64,000 nt of DNA from Octopus sinensis (Eukaryota): contig NC_043002.1 of NCBI RefSeq assembly GCF_006345805.1, forward strand, positions 73,780,001-73,844,000, given 5' to 3'. The translations under genes were made by a program, and so were the position numbers. Below the pieces are notes generated by a model. That model ran no database searches and was not told the DNA's origin. It saw only the letters and a program-made list of their open reading frames with translations. Of the stretch, positions 13,325 through 26,510 are shown piece by piece (the first letter of the stretch is position 1; each line of letters opens with the position of its first letter).

Positions 13325-14539
13325 TATATAGTAAAAGAAATGTAACATTAGTTGAGGACTTCATTTTTCATTGGCACAAACAGGAGACAACTGGACATAT
13401 TTTACCTCTTACAAAAACATTCTCAGAGGAAGTGTAGCAAGACCATAACTTGTTGAAAGTGGTAACAAGTCACAAAGTAAACAGGAAAATAAATATTGTT
13501 TTTACAGGTTTCATTCATTAAACTACGGTCATATATTGATTTAAAGAGAAATACTAATAAATTCAATTGTCTAAGACTAACCACTGTAATAATTAGACCA
13601 TAGTTCAGATAAAATTTAATTTGGTCTGTATTTCTATTCAATAAATCTAATATTTACTAGTTTCACTTAGCAACTCCCTTTGGCAAGTTACAGAGAGGTT
13701 ACACTTTTGCTGATAAACATTCAGCAAGAGGCAAAACATGTCTGGAGTTGTCTCTTATACTTGCTTACTTTCTGATGAAAAAGAACATAATATTGTTGTT
13801 CTTTACAATTATATTCAAATATTTGTGATCTTTTTACTGTTCTAATCATTCTATATGTTTTCAACTACATACACACATAATCATCACATAAGTGGCATCC
13901 TAGATGATTTTTAAATAATTTAAGTCCCTTCAAAGGTCATATTTAAATATTGGTAGCAGTAATATAAAGTATTAATGAAGGGAGCTTAAGAAGTTGCCAA
14001 TAATTAGTGGAATGTTTCTCTTCTAATTAGATAAATCATTTTCCTTGTATTTCCAATATGATTGTAGTTTAATTATATTTGGAAACTGTCACAGTACAAC
14101 TTGTAACTTAATTATAGCTTTACAGTTCATTCATGAAGAATAAGAAAAATTATTACAGGATTTACTGCAACAATAAATATTATTTAAGCCAAAATTAATG
14201 CAAACATCCCTTGCTGAATTAATAAGTGAGTACTATATTGCTGATAGCATTAAAATTAGCAGCAATAATTACTAACAACAAAAGAAGCATTGTAAGTGAA
14301 CAGATGATGAAAAGGAAAAAGTATCATCTATTTATCATGTATTCAAAGAACTAGACAGATACACAGAAGTTGGAAGGAAATCAGTTGATAATACACTTCA
14401 TTGTTACTTAGAGTTTAATGCCACACAATTCAGGTATTTTAAGTAACATCATTGAGCACACATGACATGAAACTGAATATCAATAGAATGAATACCTAAA
14501 TGACTCCTAAAAAAGTATATGCATTGAGTACTTTCTCAT

Positions 14540-14595
14540 ATGCCAACCAAAGCCTTGTGAGTGGATTTGATAGACAGAAACTGAAAGAAGCCCAT

Positions 14596-14633
<38 letters not shown>

Positions 14634-15890
14634 CATACATACATACATATCATTCTCGGAGTGGTTGGTGTTAGGAAGGGCATCCAGCAGTAGAAACCAT
14701 GCCAAATCAGACTGGAGTCTGGTGCAGCTTGCCAGCCTAGGTCAAACTGTCCAGCCCATGCCAGCATGGACAATGAATGTTAAATGATGATGATGATTGT
14801 GTGTGTATTTGCATGTAGGGGGAGGGTTAAGTGGTTAGGGTGTTGCACTAATGATTGTGGTTTTGATTCCTGGATTGGGCGATGCATTGTGTTCTTGGAC
14901 ATAACACTTCATTTCACACTGCTACAGTCAGCTCAGCTGGCAAAAATGGAATAATCCTGCGACAGATTGGCACCTCTTCCTGGAGGATATATATATATAT
15001 ATATACACACACACACCATGGAATTCAGGAAATTGATCTTATGAGCCTATGGTTCAAGAATGACCTTTGATCCTTTATACATATAGGCCAGCCTGCATAA
15101 CCAGTGGGGTAGTATCATTTGAAGCCAAAAACAATGTGAGGAAGTACATTATGACCAGTAATGTGTAATAATGTTTGATAGTCTTTTTGAAATGGTGATA
15201 TACATACATATATATATATATATATATATCCCCACATACACGCATACATTCATGCATATATGTATGTACATAAGAGGTGTCTTTCAATTTCCATCTACCC
15301 ACATCTTCTCACAGGGTTGCAGTGGAGGACATTTGTTGGGGCGTAGGAGGAGCCAAGTATCTCCTCTGTAGTAAGACAGATATTTCTAACCCTCTTGCCT
15401 GGCACACACCCACTTCTCTCAGTTCTGCTTCCTCTCTCAGCTAAGAGGATTTTGTCTTGCAAGCCACTTGGCAACTGTAGGTGCTATGTAAAAAGGGGCC
15501 ATGTAGCATCTGTACTGGTGCCACGCAAAAAGCATCTAGTATACTCTGTAAAGGTATTAAGGAAGGGCATCCAACTGCAGAAGCCATGCTAAAACAGACA
15601 AGTGGAGCCTAGTGCAGCTCTTCAGCTTGCCAACTCCTGTCAAACCATCCAATCCATGCCAACATGGAAAATGGATGTTAAATGATGACAATAATGATGA
15701 GTGCTCAGTGGGACTGAACCTGAAACCACATAGTTGGGTACTGAACTTTCCAAACACACAGCCATGTGTATGATGGTGTGCGTGTGTATATATATATAAT
15801 GTACATGAGTTTGTATATATGTTTACACACACTCACATAAAAAATTAAATGTGTACCCATGCCAGCATGGAAGGCAGACATTAAACAATG
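14540..15890. mobile_element. Cluster of nested or fragmented SINEs and microsatellites
   Basis: Multiple pieces matching the SINE families above in both orientations. Confidence 0.7.
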
Positions 15891-15906
15891 ATGATATATA
15901 TATAAA

Positions 15907-16460
15907 GTGATTGGGAAACTGAAGTTCTGGAACAGAACAAGTGGAGAGGTGCTGCTAGGACTGGTTGCAATGCCTGGGAGGAAAAGAGGATTCAGCACTC
16001 AGAGCTTAAAGGGGCCTGTTGCAAAGGAACAATTAGAACTTTAATCAACAGTGAACATTGAATATGTATTATGTGTGATCGTGTTCTGTTGTCGAAAGCA
16101 GGATACGTGAATCATGAAGTCACATGGAAATTGAAATGCCCAGGTAGGTAATAATTTTGAACACCAACCACCTCTTATGACTTGTGTCATATGTCACAAA
16201 ACCTGTAAGACAATATCTAGACTTAAAAGACATATGCTAGTTCACAAAAACATTTCTTCAGAATCAGATTCCAAAGGGCAAAAATGTAGAAGAAACTTGA
16301 ATAATACCAGTCACTTATGTTTTAAAACCTGTCAGTCAGCAACTGCTCTTAAAAATCATTTGAGGGCTCATCAACGGAATGATTGAGCTGTGCGATGGGG
16401 TGTAGTAAGTGTATTGATAGGATGGCTAGCATCTGTTAAGATGAAGCAATCATATATCAT
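15907..16460 (+). mobile_element. Decayed 3' end of an RTE-clade LINE with three C2H2-like zinc fingers
   Basis: Translates DWETEVLEQNKWRGAARTGCNAWEEKR..., CIMCDRVLLSKAGYVNH (then frameshift), CVICHKTCKTISRLKRHMLVH, HLCFKTCQSATALKNHLRAH; ends next to a (CAT)n tract. Confidence 0.75.
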
Positions 16461-16805
16461 CATCATCATCAATAATTTTGAATTCAGGTTTTGTCCCTGT
16501 TAACGGGGGTAGCCAGATCTATCTCAATGCCATAGCAACTGCCCTCACACCATCTTGCCTGGTTTTGAGCATCCTCCCTTCTCAAGCCAACCCTCCCAAT
16601 CTCCTCCTCCACCTGACTCCTCCTCATTTTCCTCAGTCTATCTCACTTTCGCTGTCCATTTATCTCAGAATGTAGGCCCTCTTCTGAATATGCTCCTCAA
16701 CACATGTGCATACCACCACACTCCATTCACCCTTGCCAACCGTTCCACTGATTCCTCCAACCCCAGCATTTCCATCAAGTCCTCAGCCCTCCTCTTATCA
16801 AACAT
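16455..16805 (-). mobile_element. Decayed 3' end of a second RTE-clade LINE
   Basis: Minus strand DLMEMLGLEESVERLARVNGVWWYAHVLR resembles the RTE RWxGHVxR motif; frameshifted; runs into a (GAT)n tail. Confidence 0.7.
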
Positions 16806-16814
16806 GTCTGTATG

Positions 16815-17870
16815 TATATATAGCTGTGTGGTTATTGGCACAAGTATGACTGTTTAGTTAAGGTCACCTCCCAATTACATGTTCTTTTCAGGTTTAGTCC
16901 CACTGTGCAGCCACCTTGGATGGAGGTCTTCTATGATTCTAGGCTAATTCAAAGCCTTGTCAGTGGATTTTAATAAAAGAAAGCTGAAAAAGAGGTCTGT
17001 TTTTATATATATGCGTGTGGTTGTGCATTGTGTTCTTGAGCAAAACACTTCATTTCACGCTGCTCCAGTCCACTCAGCTGTAAATGGGTAATCCTGCAAT
17101 GGACTAGCCTTTCAATCAGGGAGAATGTTGATCTGCTTACTCAGCCAGCAGAGTGGCATCATTCAAAAGCTAAAATGATGCAAAGTGCATTGTGACCAGT
17201 GACGATTAACAATATCCAATAGTCTGGTCAATCACGTGATCACATGATATGTTTGTATGTATATGCACGTGTGTATGTTTGTTTACATCTGCTGCTTGCT
17301 TACTAGGAAGTCATGTAAACTGAGTGGCATTCTGTTGGCACTTCCCCAATCATTCGATTGTCCATTTACTTCATGCTTTTGAACTCAAATGGAGTAAGAG
17401 ATCTCTGACTTGAAAAACAGGTAAGGGTTAGTGTCAAGAAGGGCATCTAACTGTTAAAACAATGCCTCAATATCATATTTAACCAACCTGTATTAGCATG
17501 GGAAATACACATAAAATGAAGGAATGTATAAACAATTAAGTACTTGTAGTAGAGATTAAGCATTAATAACACTATAGATGATTACAATAAATTCTCTAAT
17601 CCTTATATTAGTATCAGAAAAAGTGCTTCACAGTATTTGTTCCAAGCTTATATTTTCTAAGATCAAATCCCACCAAAGTCAACTTTGCTTTACATCTTTC
17701 TTGGGTAAATAGAATCAAGTACCAATCAATTACTGGGGTTGATGTTACATGTGTGTGTGAGAGAGGGGTTGTGTGGCTAAGAAGTTCACTTCCCAACCTC
17801 ATAGTCTTTTCAGGTTCAGTCCCACAGTGCAGAGCCTTGGGCTGACCAGGGCATTGTGAGTGGATTTAAA
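16815..17870 (+). mobile_element. Cluster of degenerate SINEs
   Basis: Heads and cores matching the 8251, 14815 and 9157 families. Confidence 0.65.
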
Positions 17871-18192
17871 GAATGGAAGCTAGCCTTGTACCAACATGAG
17901 ACAATGCTATTGTTTAACCTGTGGACATTCCTAACTGAGTAGATCTATGATCAACTGTATTTCAGCCATCTCCATCCCAACCCATAAAGAAGTGGGAAAC
18001 TATGTATGATTATATTATTCAATGTGTTCTTTTTTTCTTTGTGAGCTAGTGAAATGTGATCAGAGAGAAATTTGGTTGCAATTTCTAACAGGTTAAATGA
18101 CCACAAACACCATATGTTGAAAATGAAAGAATTAAAACACAGATGAATCATTTTACATACTTTAAGGAAAGAGGAACACTGTTGTAGTCCTC

Positions 18193-18394
18193 TTTCCTTT
18201 TATTTCTTAATAGTGCAGTCTATTATGAAGTGTCACAGAAATTTTTTTACACTTCTGAAACTTGATTATCAGACACAATTTCATTGCATCTCTGTAAAAT
18301 GCAGTGAAATCGTGTTAGTGACCAGGTTGCTGAAGTGTGTTAAAACTTTTCAACACTTCATAATAGCACGTACTATTAAGAAATAAAGGAAAAG
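18193..18394. repeat. Fold-back inverted repeat (~95-bp arms, ~9-nt loop)
   Basis: tttccttttatttcttaatagt...ctattatgaagtgt...atttcattgcat versus atgcagtgaaat...acacttcataatag...actattaagaaataaaggaaa. Confidence 0.85.
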
Positions 18395-18762
18395 TGAATA
18401 TAAGATTTTTTTGTATGCTATTATGCAGCTAAAATAACTCATCCACAATGTAATTGCTTTATTAAAAGTTATCTGTACAATTAAGTAGTATGTTTGAAAT
18501 TCCATAATTTGTACTGTAATATTGAATAAAAACAGTACTATGACTAAACAATGTAAACACTATATTTTGATGTATTTTTTCATAATTTCGATGCAGTCTA
18601 TATGAAATGGTGCATATATCTTAATTTGAATTTAAATATAACAACACAAATAGAAAATTATGCAAACGGACAACTATGTTAATGTGTGTACATTCAAACA
18701 GGCATGTATGTGCATATGCACATATGTAAACAAAAGTAGGTAGAGAAAATAAATTTATTTAC

Positions 18763-18881
18763 CTCTTTTTGTGTTTCATAAACAACTCCAAGGGGCTCAT
18801 ATTGAACATGATTAAAGTCATTTGGCCCTAAACTACCGCCAATAGCAAACATATTTAGAATTTTGCTAATTAAATTGAACT
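18763..18881 (-). CDS. Candidate alternative exon of the APBA gene (possible start of a short isoform; ATG at 18852-18850)
   Basis: tttctttag acceptor, 119 nt open in the frame ending at a phase-0 GAG|gtaaat donor: FNLISKILN-MFAIGGSLGPNDFNHVQYEPLGVVYETQKE. Lies in unique non-repeat sequence on the same strand as the PTB exons. No homology search possible. Confidence 0.5.
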
Positions 18882-21800
18882 CTAAAGAAATTAACAGAAT
18901 ATTACTTCAATATGTTGTGTCCCCTCTTGACAAACTAAAACCAAGAAGTAAATGAAATAGCAGAGTATAATTCCAACTTGATGTATAAAATTATATCCAG
19001 AAATGAGACCACAAATTATGATTAAAGAACTTAAAAACAGAAAAACACCTTTAAAATTTATAATAAATAAATTAATGTAGCATGAAAAAGCTAATTAGAA
19101 ACAAATAAAATTTATCAATGGCATGGATAATTTTCTAAATAATCTTTTTAGTGTAAACCTTTAATATGAAATAGAAATAATTCAAGCAAAACCTATGCAA
19201 AACTAAGCTTAATGCAAAAGAAAAAAAATCATGAAAATATCATCATAACAGCAGGTTATAAATGAGAATATCAAGAATAAGACAGGTTTTTAGGGAATAA
19301 AAAGGTAATTCTTAAGTTTCTTCTTCTTTTCATTTTTCTCGACAGTGGTGGTGGGGATGTTAAACAGAAAGAGAATTAAACTAATTACAGAAACTATTCT
19401 AGTTTTTGTAAACTTATTAATTACCTTATCTTTATAATCAATTCCTATCTAATATATCTAATCTTAAATACAAACATGAGTATAATGAGCTACAAAACTC
19501 CATGAAATACTTTTTATTGATGTGCTAAACTTTGTAGAAGTCGCCATCACCACAAGATACTTTGAAATATTTTCTAACATTAAAGTTATATACATATATA
19601 GATTCATTGAATGTGAAGTTTTCAAATAAAATTACAATAAACAACTTTTACAAAAATCTATTATGTGTGAGAATGTTGATCTGAATGAGAAACTATAGTA
19701 TAATTATATACCTCTAAATAGACAGAAAAGAAAGTAGAAATATTTAAAATTATACTGTTTACAAGTATTCAAGTATTACAACACACAAAACTATCATCCA
19801 TATGAAAAGACTATGCAAAATATTCCTGCACAACCAGAAATTCAAATGACTAACCTAACATTAAACAAAACTACAGCCTAGGTTGGAATGTAATTTACTG
19901 ATGTCTGAATAAAAGGGAAATTATCAAAACCTACAAAAACAGATTATTTAAGCTGACATATGACTAATATAAATACTCATGCAAGAAATATAAAAGCGAA
20001 CATTTAACAGCATCAACATCTAGTAAAAGTAATAGACATAATGACAAGATATATTCCAGTGTGTATGCCGGTTAAGTGTTCTCCATCCAGGTAAGAACTA
20101 ACAAACTCTCAGATATTTCTATTGAATATTTCCAAGTAAGGTGAAATTTTGAGTATACTTCAAATAACTTTGGTGTTAACTCCACAGATTGGCAGTCACA
20201 AAGATTTGCTTCCTATCAAAATATCCTTGTGATATGACAGGTAAGATGAAAGTTATTAGATAAGGTAAGAAACTATCCAATGCACATAATAAAGTGTTGG
20301 CTAATTTGCTTTTTACATTCTAACACAAAGAGCACACTGTTGATATAAACAATGTTTTATATCTCTCGGCAGCGAGAGAAAGACTTTCAGATGCATTAAA
20401 CTAAATGAATTTCAGAAAACTAAAAAAAAAATTCAGTCATGTTAAAAATAATTTTTCTCCGGTGAAAAAAGTATTAAGAATGATGTATGTGCAAAGCAAC
20501 ATAAAGTTAATAATGTTTTTTGTTTACAGGATGAGGATTTATGCAGACAATAGTAGTGATGGTGATAGCAGCAGAAAGCAACAACAGTTAAAATAGTTGG
20601 TGCGATGAGTAGAATAACTGAATGCTTAGTGGCAGCACTACAATTCAGCAGCAACATGATAGGGTGATAGGCGTTAACTTCCAAAATCAGCAGGAATACT
20701 TTGCTTTCAGGAAAGGAAGGAAAAAAAAAACACTGTCAATGAGAAGTGTAAGTGCAATAGTGACAGAATTTCAACCACTGATGAAGGTAATAGTAAGTGT
20801 AACATCAGCAGCAGTAGTAACAGTGTAGAGCAAGAATGTTAAAAATTATAGGTAGGAAGGTACATATGAATTAAGTAGTAGGCAAGGCTAAGCACTCCAC
20901 CACCATCACCAAAAAATATATAGCAAGATCAAGAGGAGTGACTTGCTATCAAAGTAGAGATAGATCAATCAAATAGAAGTATTGAGCGGTAGGCAGGCCT
21001 TTGTGCTCAAAGCAATAACAGCTTATTGATTTCTTCATTCTATCACATTTCTTTGAATTGCTAAAGAACCAATATCCTTTACTCATTACAAAATAATTCT
21101 GTGCTTGTAAAGAAGTTATTTGGACACTGAAAAACAATGAGGCAAAAATTTTCATTTAGATTTTTAATTTGTTTTAAAATTCTCATTAAATACTAGTGAA
21201 ATCATTTCTTTTTTCCAAATTAGCTTTCGTTTTAATGTTGCAGCTAATTGCAACAATACTGTCATTGCATTAGAAACCGATTCTAAAAGGCAGCAAATCT
21301 ACTAATGTATATAAGACAGCCAATGAAAGTAGTTAGATAAACAATTACAATGTTCTCTGAATAATTGAAATTCGAATATTATTCTAATAATATTACAGTT
21401 CATGCAAAATGTTTCAATGAGATTGATTAATTTATTCAGGAGATAAATTTACCAATTAATTCAATAAGATAAGAAAAATAACTTTTTAAATTAAAATAAT
21501 GCAGTCCAACTAATAAAACAGAACTTTTTTTTTTTGGACAGCTATTTTACAGCTTTGAAATTATTATCAAGATTATGTATGCTTTTAGTATTTTCAGTAT
21601 ATTTCTTAAACTTGTTATGTTTAAACAAGGTTTGTTAGATCAAAATACATGTCAATATCACCAACATAAGTTAAATGGTTTCAAATTCAGAATATACATT
21701 TGTGAATATAAAACTACAGCCGAACACCTTTTACACACACACACACTATTGATAATGAGTAAAAGGAAATGAATTTATAATAAGACTTATTGGAAAATAC

Positions 21801-22368
21801 AATCTATTAGCTGAATGAATGGATGAATAAAGAATGAAATATGAAAATAGGGAGGTAAAAGAAACTACACAGAATTTCTCAATCATATATAAAATATATA
21901 AAGGTCCAACCCATGCTAGTATGGAAAATGAATGTTAAATGATGATGATGATAGAGACTGCCATTGTAAATGAATCTACAATGGTATTTGAAAGTGAGAT
22001 TTGTACTAAGTTTTTAGGGAAAATTGAGTTGACTCTATTCCAAGTATAAAAAAATCAGCCTTGAGCCTCATCAAAGGAAATCAATACTACAAATAACATA
22101 AGTTTATATTTAACTCTCTGATTCTACACTATAAGGGTTTGCCAGAATGTTTTTTCAATACTACCAAACTTAATGGTATTGATGGTTATCACAGCAATGG
22201 CCCATTCACTCCATTTCTTTGCTCTAAAATGCCACATAACCAACATTAAATCACTAAATCAAGAAAATAAGGCAAATAAAAAAAGCGATGATGGTTTTTG
22301 TATTAACTTCTAAAACTTTGGACATGGTGGAAGGGAAGAGTAATTGGAGTGAGAATTAGGAAGTCACT

Positions 22369-22450
22369 TGAGAGCATAGGCAATTAAAAGAGATTTTAGA
22401 TATTTATACTGAGAACATAGGCAAGTAAAAGTGATTTTAGATATTTATAT
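22369..22450. repeat. 41-bp tandem duplication (2 copies)
   Basis: tgagagcataggcaattaaaagagattttagatatttatac / tgagaacataggcaagtaaaagtgattttagatatttatat. Confidence 0.9.
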
Positions 22451-23125
22451 TGAGGATACACAAGAGAAAAAAAAAATCTTACATAGTAAACAAGCTTGCA
22501 TACAAAAGTAATCAATGGGCTAACATCAAGCTAAGGGATTTGAAAGAGAACAAGGTAAGATTCAGAGAAGATAAATCTAACAGTAGCTTTTAGTGGTGTT
22601 GCAAACTAATCAATTGAAAAAAGTACCAATTTAGATAGCTGAGAGGGGGGAACAAAACTAAGTCAATAAATCTCTATAAAAAATAATTTGCTATTTTGCA
22701 GGAGCCCAAATATTTAAAAGTGGTATCCATTTAAAAAGATAAAACCTTAACATTTGTATCACTATATTGACAACTCATCTAGACTATGAGAAATATAGAA
22801 CCAAAAGCATGAAATATTGAGATAAAATACCAACTGATGTACCAACGTTTGTATGATTTACTGTAGTTATTTTTGGTCTTCTTTATGCTTGTTAAAAAAA
22901 GATTCCCCACTCCACTGCTTTTGATATATTTTACTTACAATGAATATTATAAGATAATTGATAACTAATGATCTAATCTAACTGCTAGTACCTAAACAAC
23001 TATAATTTCACACTCAGAAATCAAGGAATTAACTTTTTCGGTATTATCCTTTCTGATGTAGCCTGTATTAAAGTGTTCAAATCTAAGTTCAGATTTTTGA
23101 AAATCTCATTATGTGAAAAATAATT

Positions 23126-24772
23126 ACCATATTTGCTGGCGCATAATATGCACATGCAAATAACACACTAATTATGTGAAAGAAATTTGAGAAAAAATAG
23201 ATTATATTTCAAATTCAAGGAAATAATTTGTTCCTTTGCAAAAATTTGAATTTTTTTAGGTTTTATGAATAAACAACATACATGTCAAAAATATTGTGGT
23301 TTCAGCATCTTGGATAAGAAGAATAAAAAATATATATAAATTCACTTATATAGAAAAAAATGAAAAAAAAAACCCCCAAAAAAAACATTCTAGCAAAATA
23401 ATTGCCTTTGATATGCTTAAAATTATGAATAAGCAGAACAAGATGTTAAATTTTTATTCAGTACTTGCTATCTTTGAAGCTTTGAATTTCATCTTTATTG
23501 CAGCCTCTGGGAAACTTTCAAATTCTTCACTGCTGCCATCTTTGAAACTTTCAAATTCTTCTTCCCAACTACTCTCACCTACTTCATAATTCATTTAATC
23601 TTCTGTGCTATCTAAAGCACTAATAATAGCACTTCTTGAAAAAATTTGACAACAATCTTTTCTTTCACTGCATCTTATGAATGTCTTAACCCACCAGCAT
23701 ACTTCTGAATTTCAAGGTTTCTTCATGCATCCATTAGAGATAAATCATTCATGCATTTATTCCATTCCTCATGCATAAACATCTTGATATTGTAACCGTG
23801 AAATAACTTCTCTAGATATGACTGCCATTGTTGTTTTATAATTCTCTAGCTTCATCTTCGGTAATTCTGTAAGGTTATATCTAGATACATTAAATACTAG
23901 TAGGAATGGCTTTGTGATGATAAAACTTCTTATGTTGTCAGGCATTCACTTGCCAATTCTTGTTCTTGTTTGCATACATAGTACATGTTTCTTCATGTTT
24001 TTTTTTCTGTAACACCATGCACTGTTCCTTTAAAATCATTTGCAGGTCTTTGCTAAGCAATGCCAGATTTCCTATGAATAAACATCCACATCTTCAGGTC
24101 TTTTCCAATGTAGGCCATTTAGCAATATCACCTCAAAAATTGCATTTTACGCATGGTAATTTTTCTTTGTTTTCTCCACCCATGTATTGTGCATTCTGTT
24201 GGTAGCCCCTCACAACACCTAACCGTGGGTCTATTGCCACTTTCTTTCCTCATTCTATCATCTTAACTTGTAATTGGATGCATACACAATCACTTTTGTT
24301 TAAATTTCAATAGGGGCATTGCACAGTAGAAATATAAAATAGCCATTTATACTTTGGAAATGAGCATAATAAAAGTGAGGCAGGAGAGCTTCATGTTCAA
24401 CTTTGTACTGCTATTTACCAAAGAGTAAAACTTGCTTGTGGATTGACCACATCAGATACCTTAAGGTCAACCATCATTCAATCTTTGTTCTGAGGCAAAG
24501 CAAATACTTTGCTCTTTTTTGCAAGGACCAAATAAATGAAATTCTTCATACCGTGTTGGTATATATTAATTTAATACATAAATATACATAGATATATCTT
24601 TATGTCAGTATATCTTAATTTACAATCAAAATAAGAAGGGAATAGGTTTTATTCTTCTTTTTAGGGAAGTCATTTTACACAGAACTGTAACTTTGCATAT
24701 AACATGCAAAGAGAATTTCTTTTAAAGGCATTTTTTAAAAGAAAAGTGAGTGCAATAAACTGGTAAATACAA
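23126..24772 (-). mobile_element. Decayed pogo/Tigger-family DNA transposon with transposase pseudogene
   Basis: Minus-strand fragments YASNYKL..., AKWPTLEK (N-terminal HTH region), TMAVISREVISRLQ (cf. LAVIPGGxTSxLQ), FMHEEWNKCM, SEVCWWVK, DAVKEKIVVKF, ISALDSTED and an acidic tail; many stops and frameshifts; decayed CCGTATTT-type termini. Confidence 0.8.
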
Positions 24773-26416
24773 CTGATTTCAATAAAAGTTGATAGTTACT
24801 TATTTTACTGAATATCTCATTCTTGATCATTTTCAAAATTATAACACAAAAGGCTATATATTCTTATGAGAAAAATGGTCAGGAAAGATGTAATGTATAA
24901 AATATACTATCTTGAGGATTTAAAATTCTCAAAATAATAGGATTTAAGTTAAACCCAATATTTTTTAGTTGATACTGTGAGACTTTAGTAAATTGACTAT
25001 TGTTATCTCTTCCATGGACAGAAAAAGGAGGATTAACCTGACCTGATTTTCAGTATAACTGAATTCATCTTCAGAAGTCATGTATCTGTTTCTTCTACCC
25101 ACAGGGTTAATAGCTATTTATAGCCCCTAAATGAATTAGCTTCAATAAATCAGTTGTTTGATTTGCATAATTAATGCTTTGCTAACCACTAATTTAATTA
25201 ATTGCTATAGCACTGACAGAATGTATGGATAATTATTAACATGTATTAATAAGGCAACCTCCACTTTTCTATCTGTAGAAAAGATAATGCAAATCAATTT
25301 TCTTACATTTGTAAAAGACTCAAGGCTTTAACCATAAAATATTATGTTTACCTTCATACACATTAATAATAATCCATATATGCTATCCACTACAGTAACA
25401 GTTAGCAACCAGCAAAACATTAATTATGCAAATCAGAACAACTGGTTTACTGAAGTTGTGACACTTGGTGACTATATAAAAGAATGGGTATGTGACCTGT
25501 GAATATGGATCCAACAAGATTCCAAACCAGATCGGGTTTTCTGTGACATATATAACAACATTCATTTGCTTACATTTGTCAAAATCCTAGAACATTATCG
25601 TAAACGACAAAAATTTTTTTAAATGGCTTTAGGTTTTCCTTAATAAATATTTGTCATTATCAATGGATGTTGTTTAGTACAAAAGCAATAAGAAATGTTG
25701 CAGAAAAAAATACTATCACTGATTAAAGATAAAAAGCTTTACCTCAAATTCCTTCTAATGTGAAAACTAATCTTCATCAGCAATGAGAAGTAGCACAATC
25801 TTAACAGAAACATTCTAAAAGTCATACTAAAGACAGTGAAAAAAAAACAGGGTTTTGATTTGTTGACATTACCACTTGGCCTTCTGTACTGAATGAATCA
25901 TAAAAGGAACAATACTTGTGGAGCAATTTACAACCAGTGATAAGTAGTAGTATTTGATTTGATACATAACAATTTTTCTGAATAGCTGTTTTGCTGACTT
26001 TGCACTTATGATCAGTGAGTCAAAACAGTCAGATTTCAACAGGTGAATGTTCACTTTGAAAACTTGAAAGGAATACCAAGAAGACAAAGATGACTCACAT
26101 TAGAAGAAAGATTGGAAATTCTTTAAGTTAGATGAGTTTAGACATATTTTACAATTAATAATAATCTATACAAATCTGTTAAATTACGTTCATGATTTCT
26201 AATAGGCTATTAATAAGTAGTTTCAATAAAAATAAGTCAGTTTTATTCCATTTCTGAAAGATTTTCAATCATACACACGATGTGTTTCTGTTACGCTAAG
26301 CCATCATTTTGGACTTACACCACTGATTCTGATGTTAAATTTATTTGGTCTAATGAGAAAATCAATATAGTAGGACTAAAAGAAAAAAATTTTCTGAAAA
26401 CCAAAGACAAGAATTT

Positions 26417-26418
26417 AT

Positions 26419-26479
<61 letters not shown>

Positions 26480-26510
26480 GAGGTAGAGAGGTGTGTGTGT
26501 GTGTGTGTGC
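26417..26510. repeat. Compound (CA)n(TA)n...(TG)n microsatellite
   Basis: Direct inspection. Confidence 0.9.

Noticed and set aside
13406-13490. Minus-strand GAG|GTAAAA donor resembling an exon end
   Set aside because: In-frame TAA immediately before the last codon.
16177-16386. C2H2 zinc-finger ORF as a host gene
   Set aside because: Contiguous with frameshifted RTE-like sequence and a simple-repeat tail; treated as a LINE remnant.
20083-20095. ccatccaggtaag shared with ~61503, suggesting plus-strand exons
   Set aside because: Only a 13-nt match with no coherent ORF or acceptor; compatible with chance.
25743-25826. Possible 84-nt minus-strand exon with GAG|GTAAAG donor
   Set aside because: Stop codon in the phase-0 frame and no X11 similarity; a UTR role cannot be supported.
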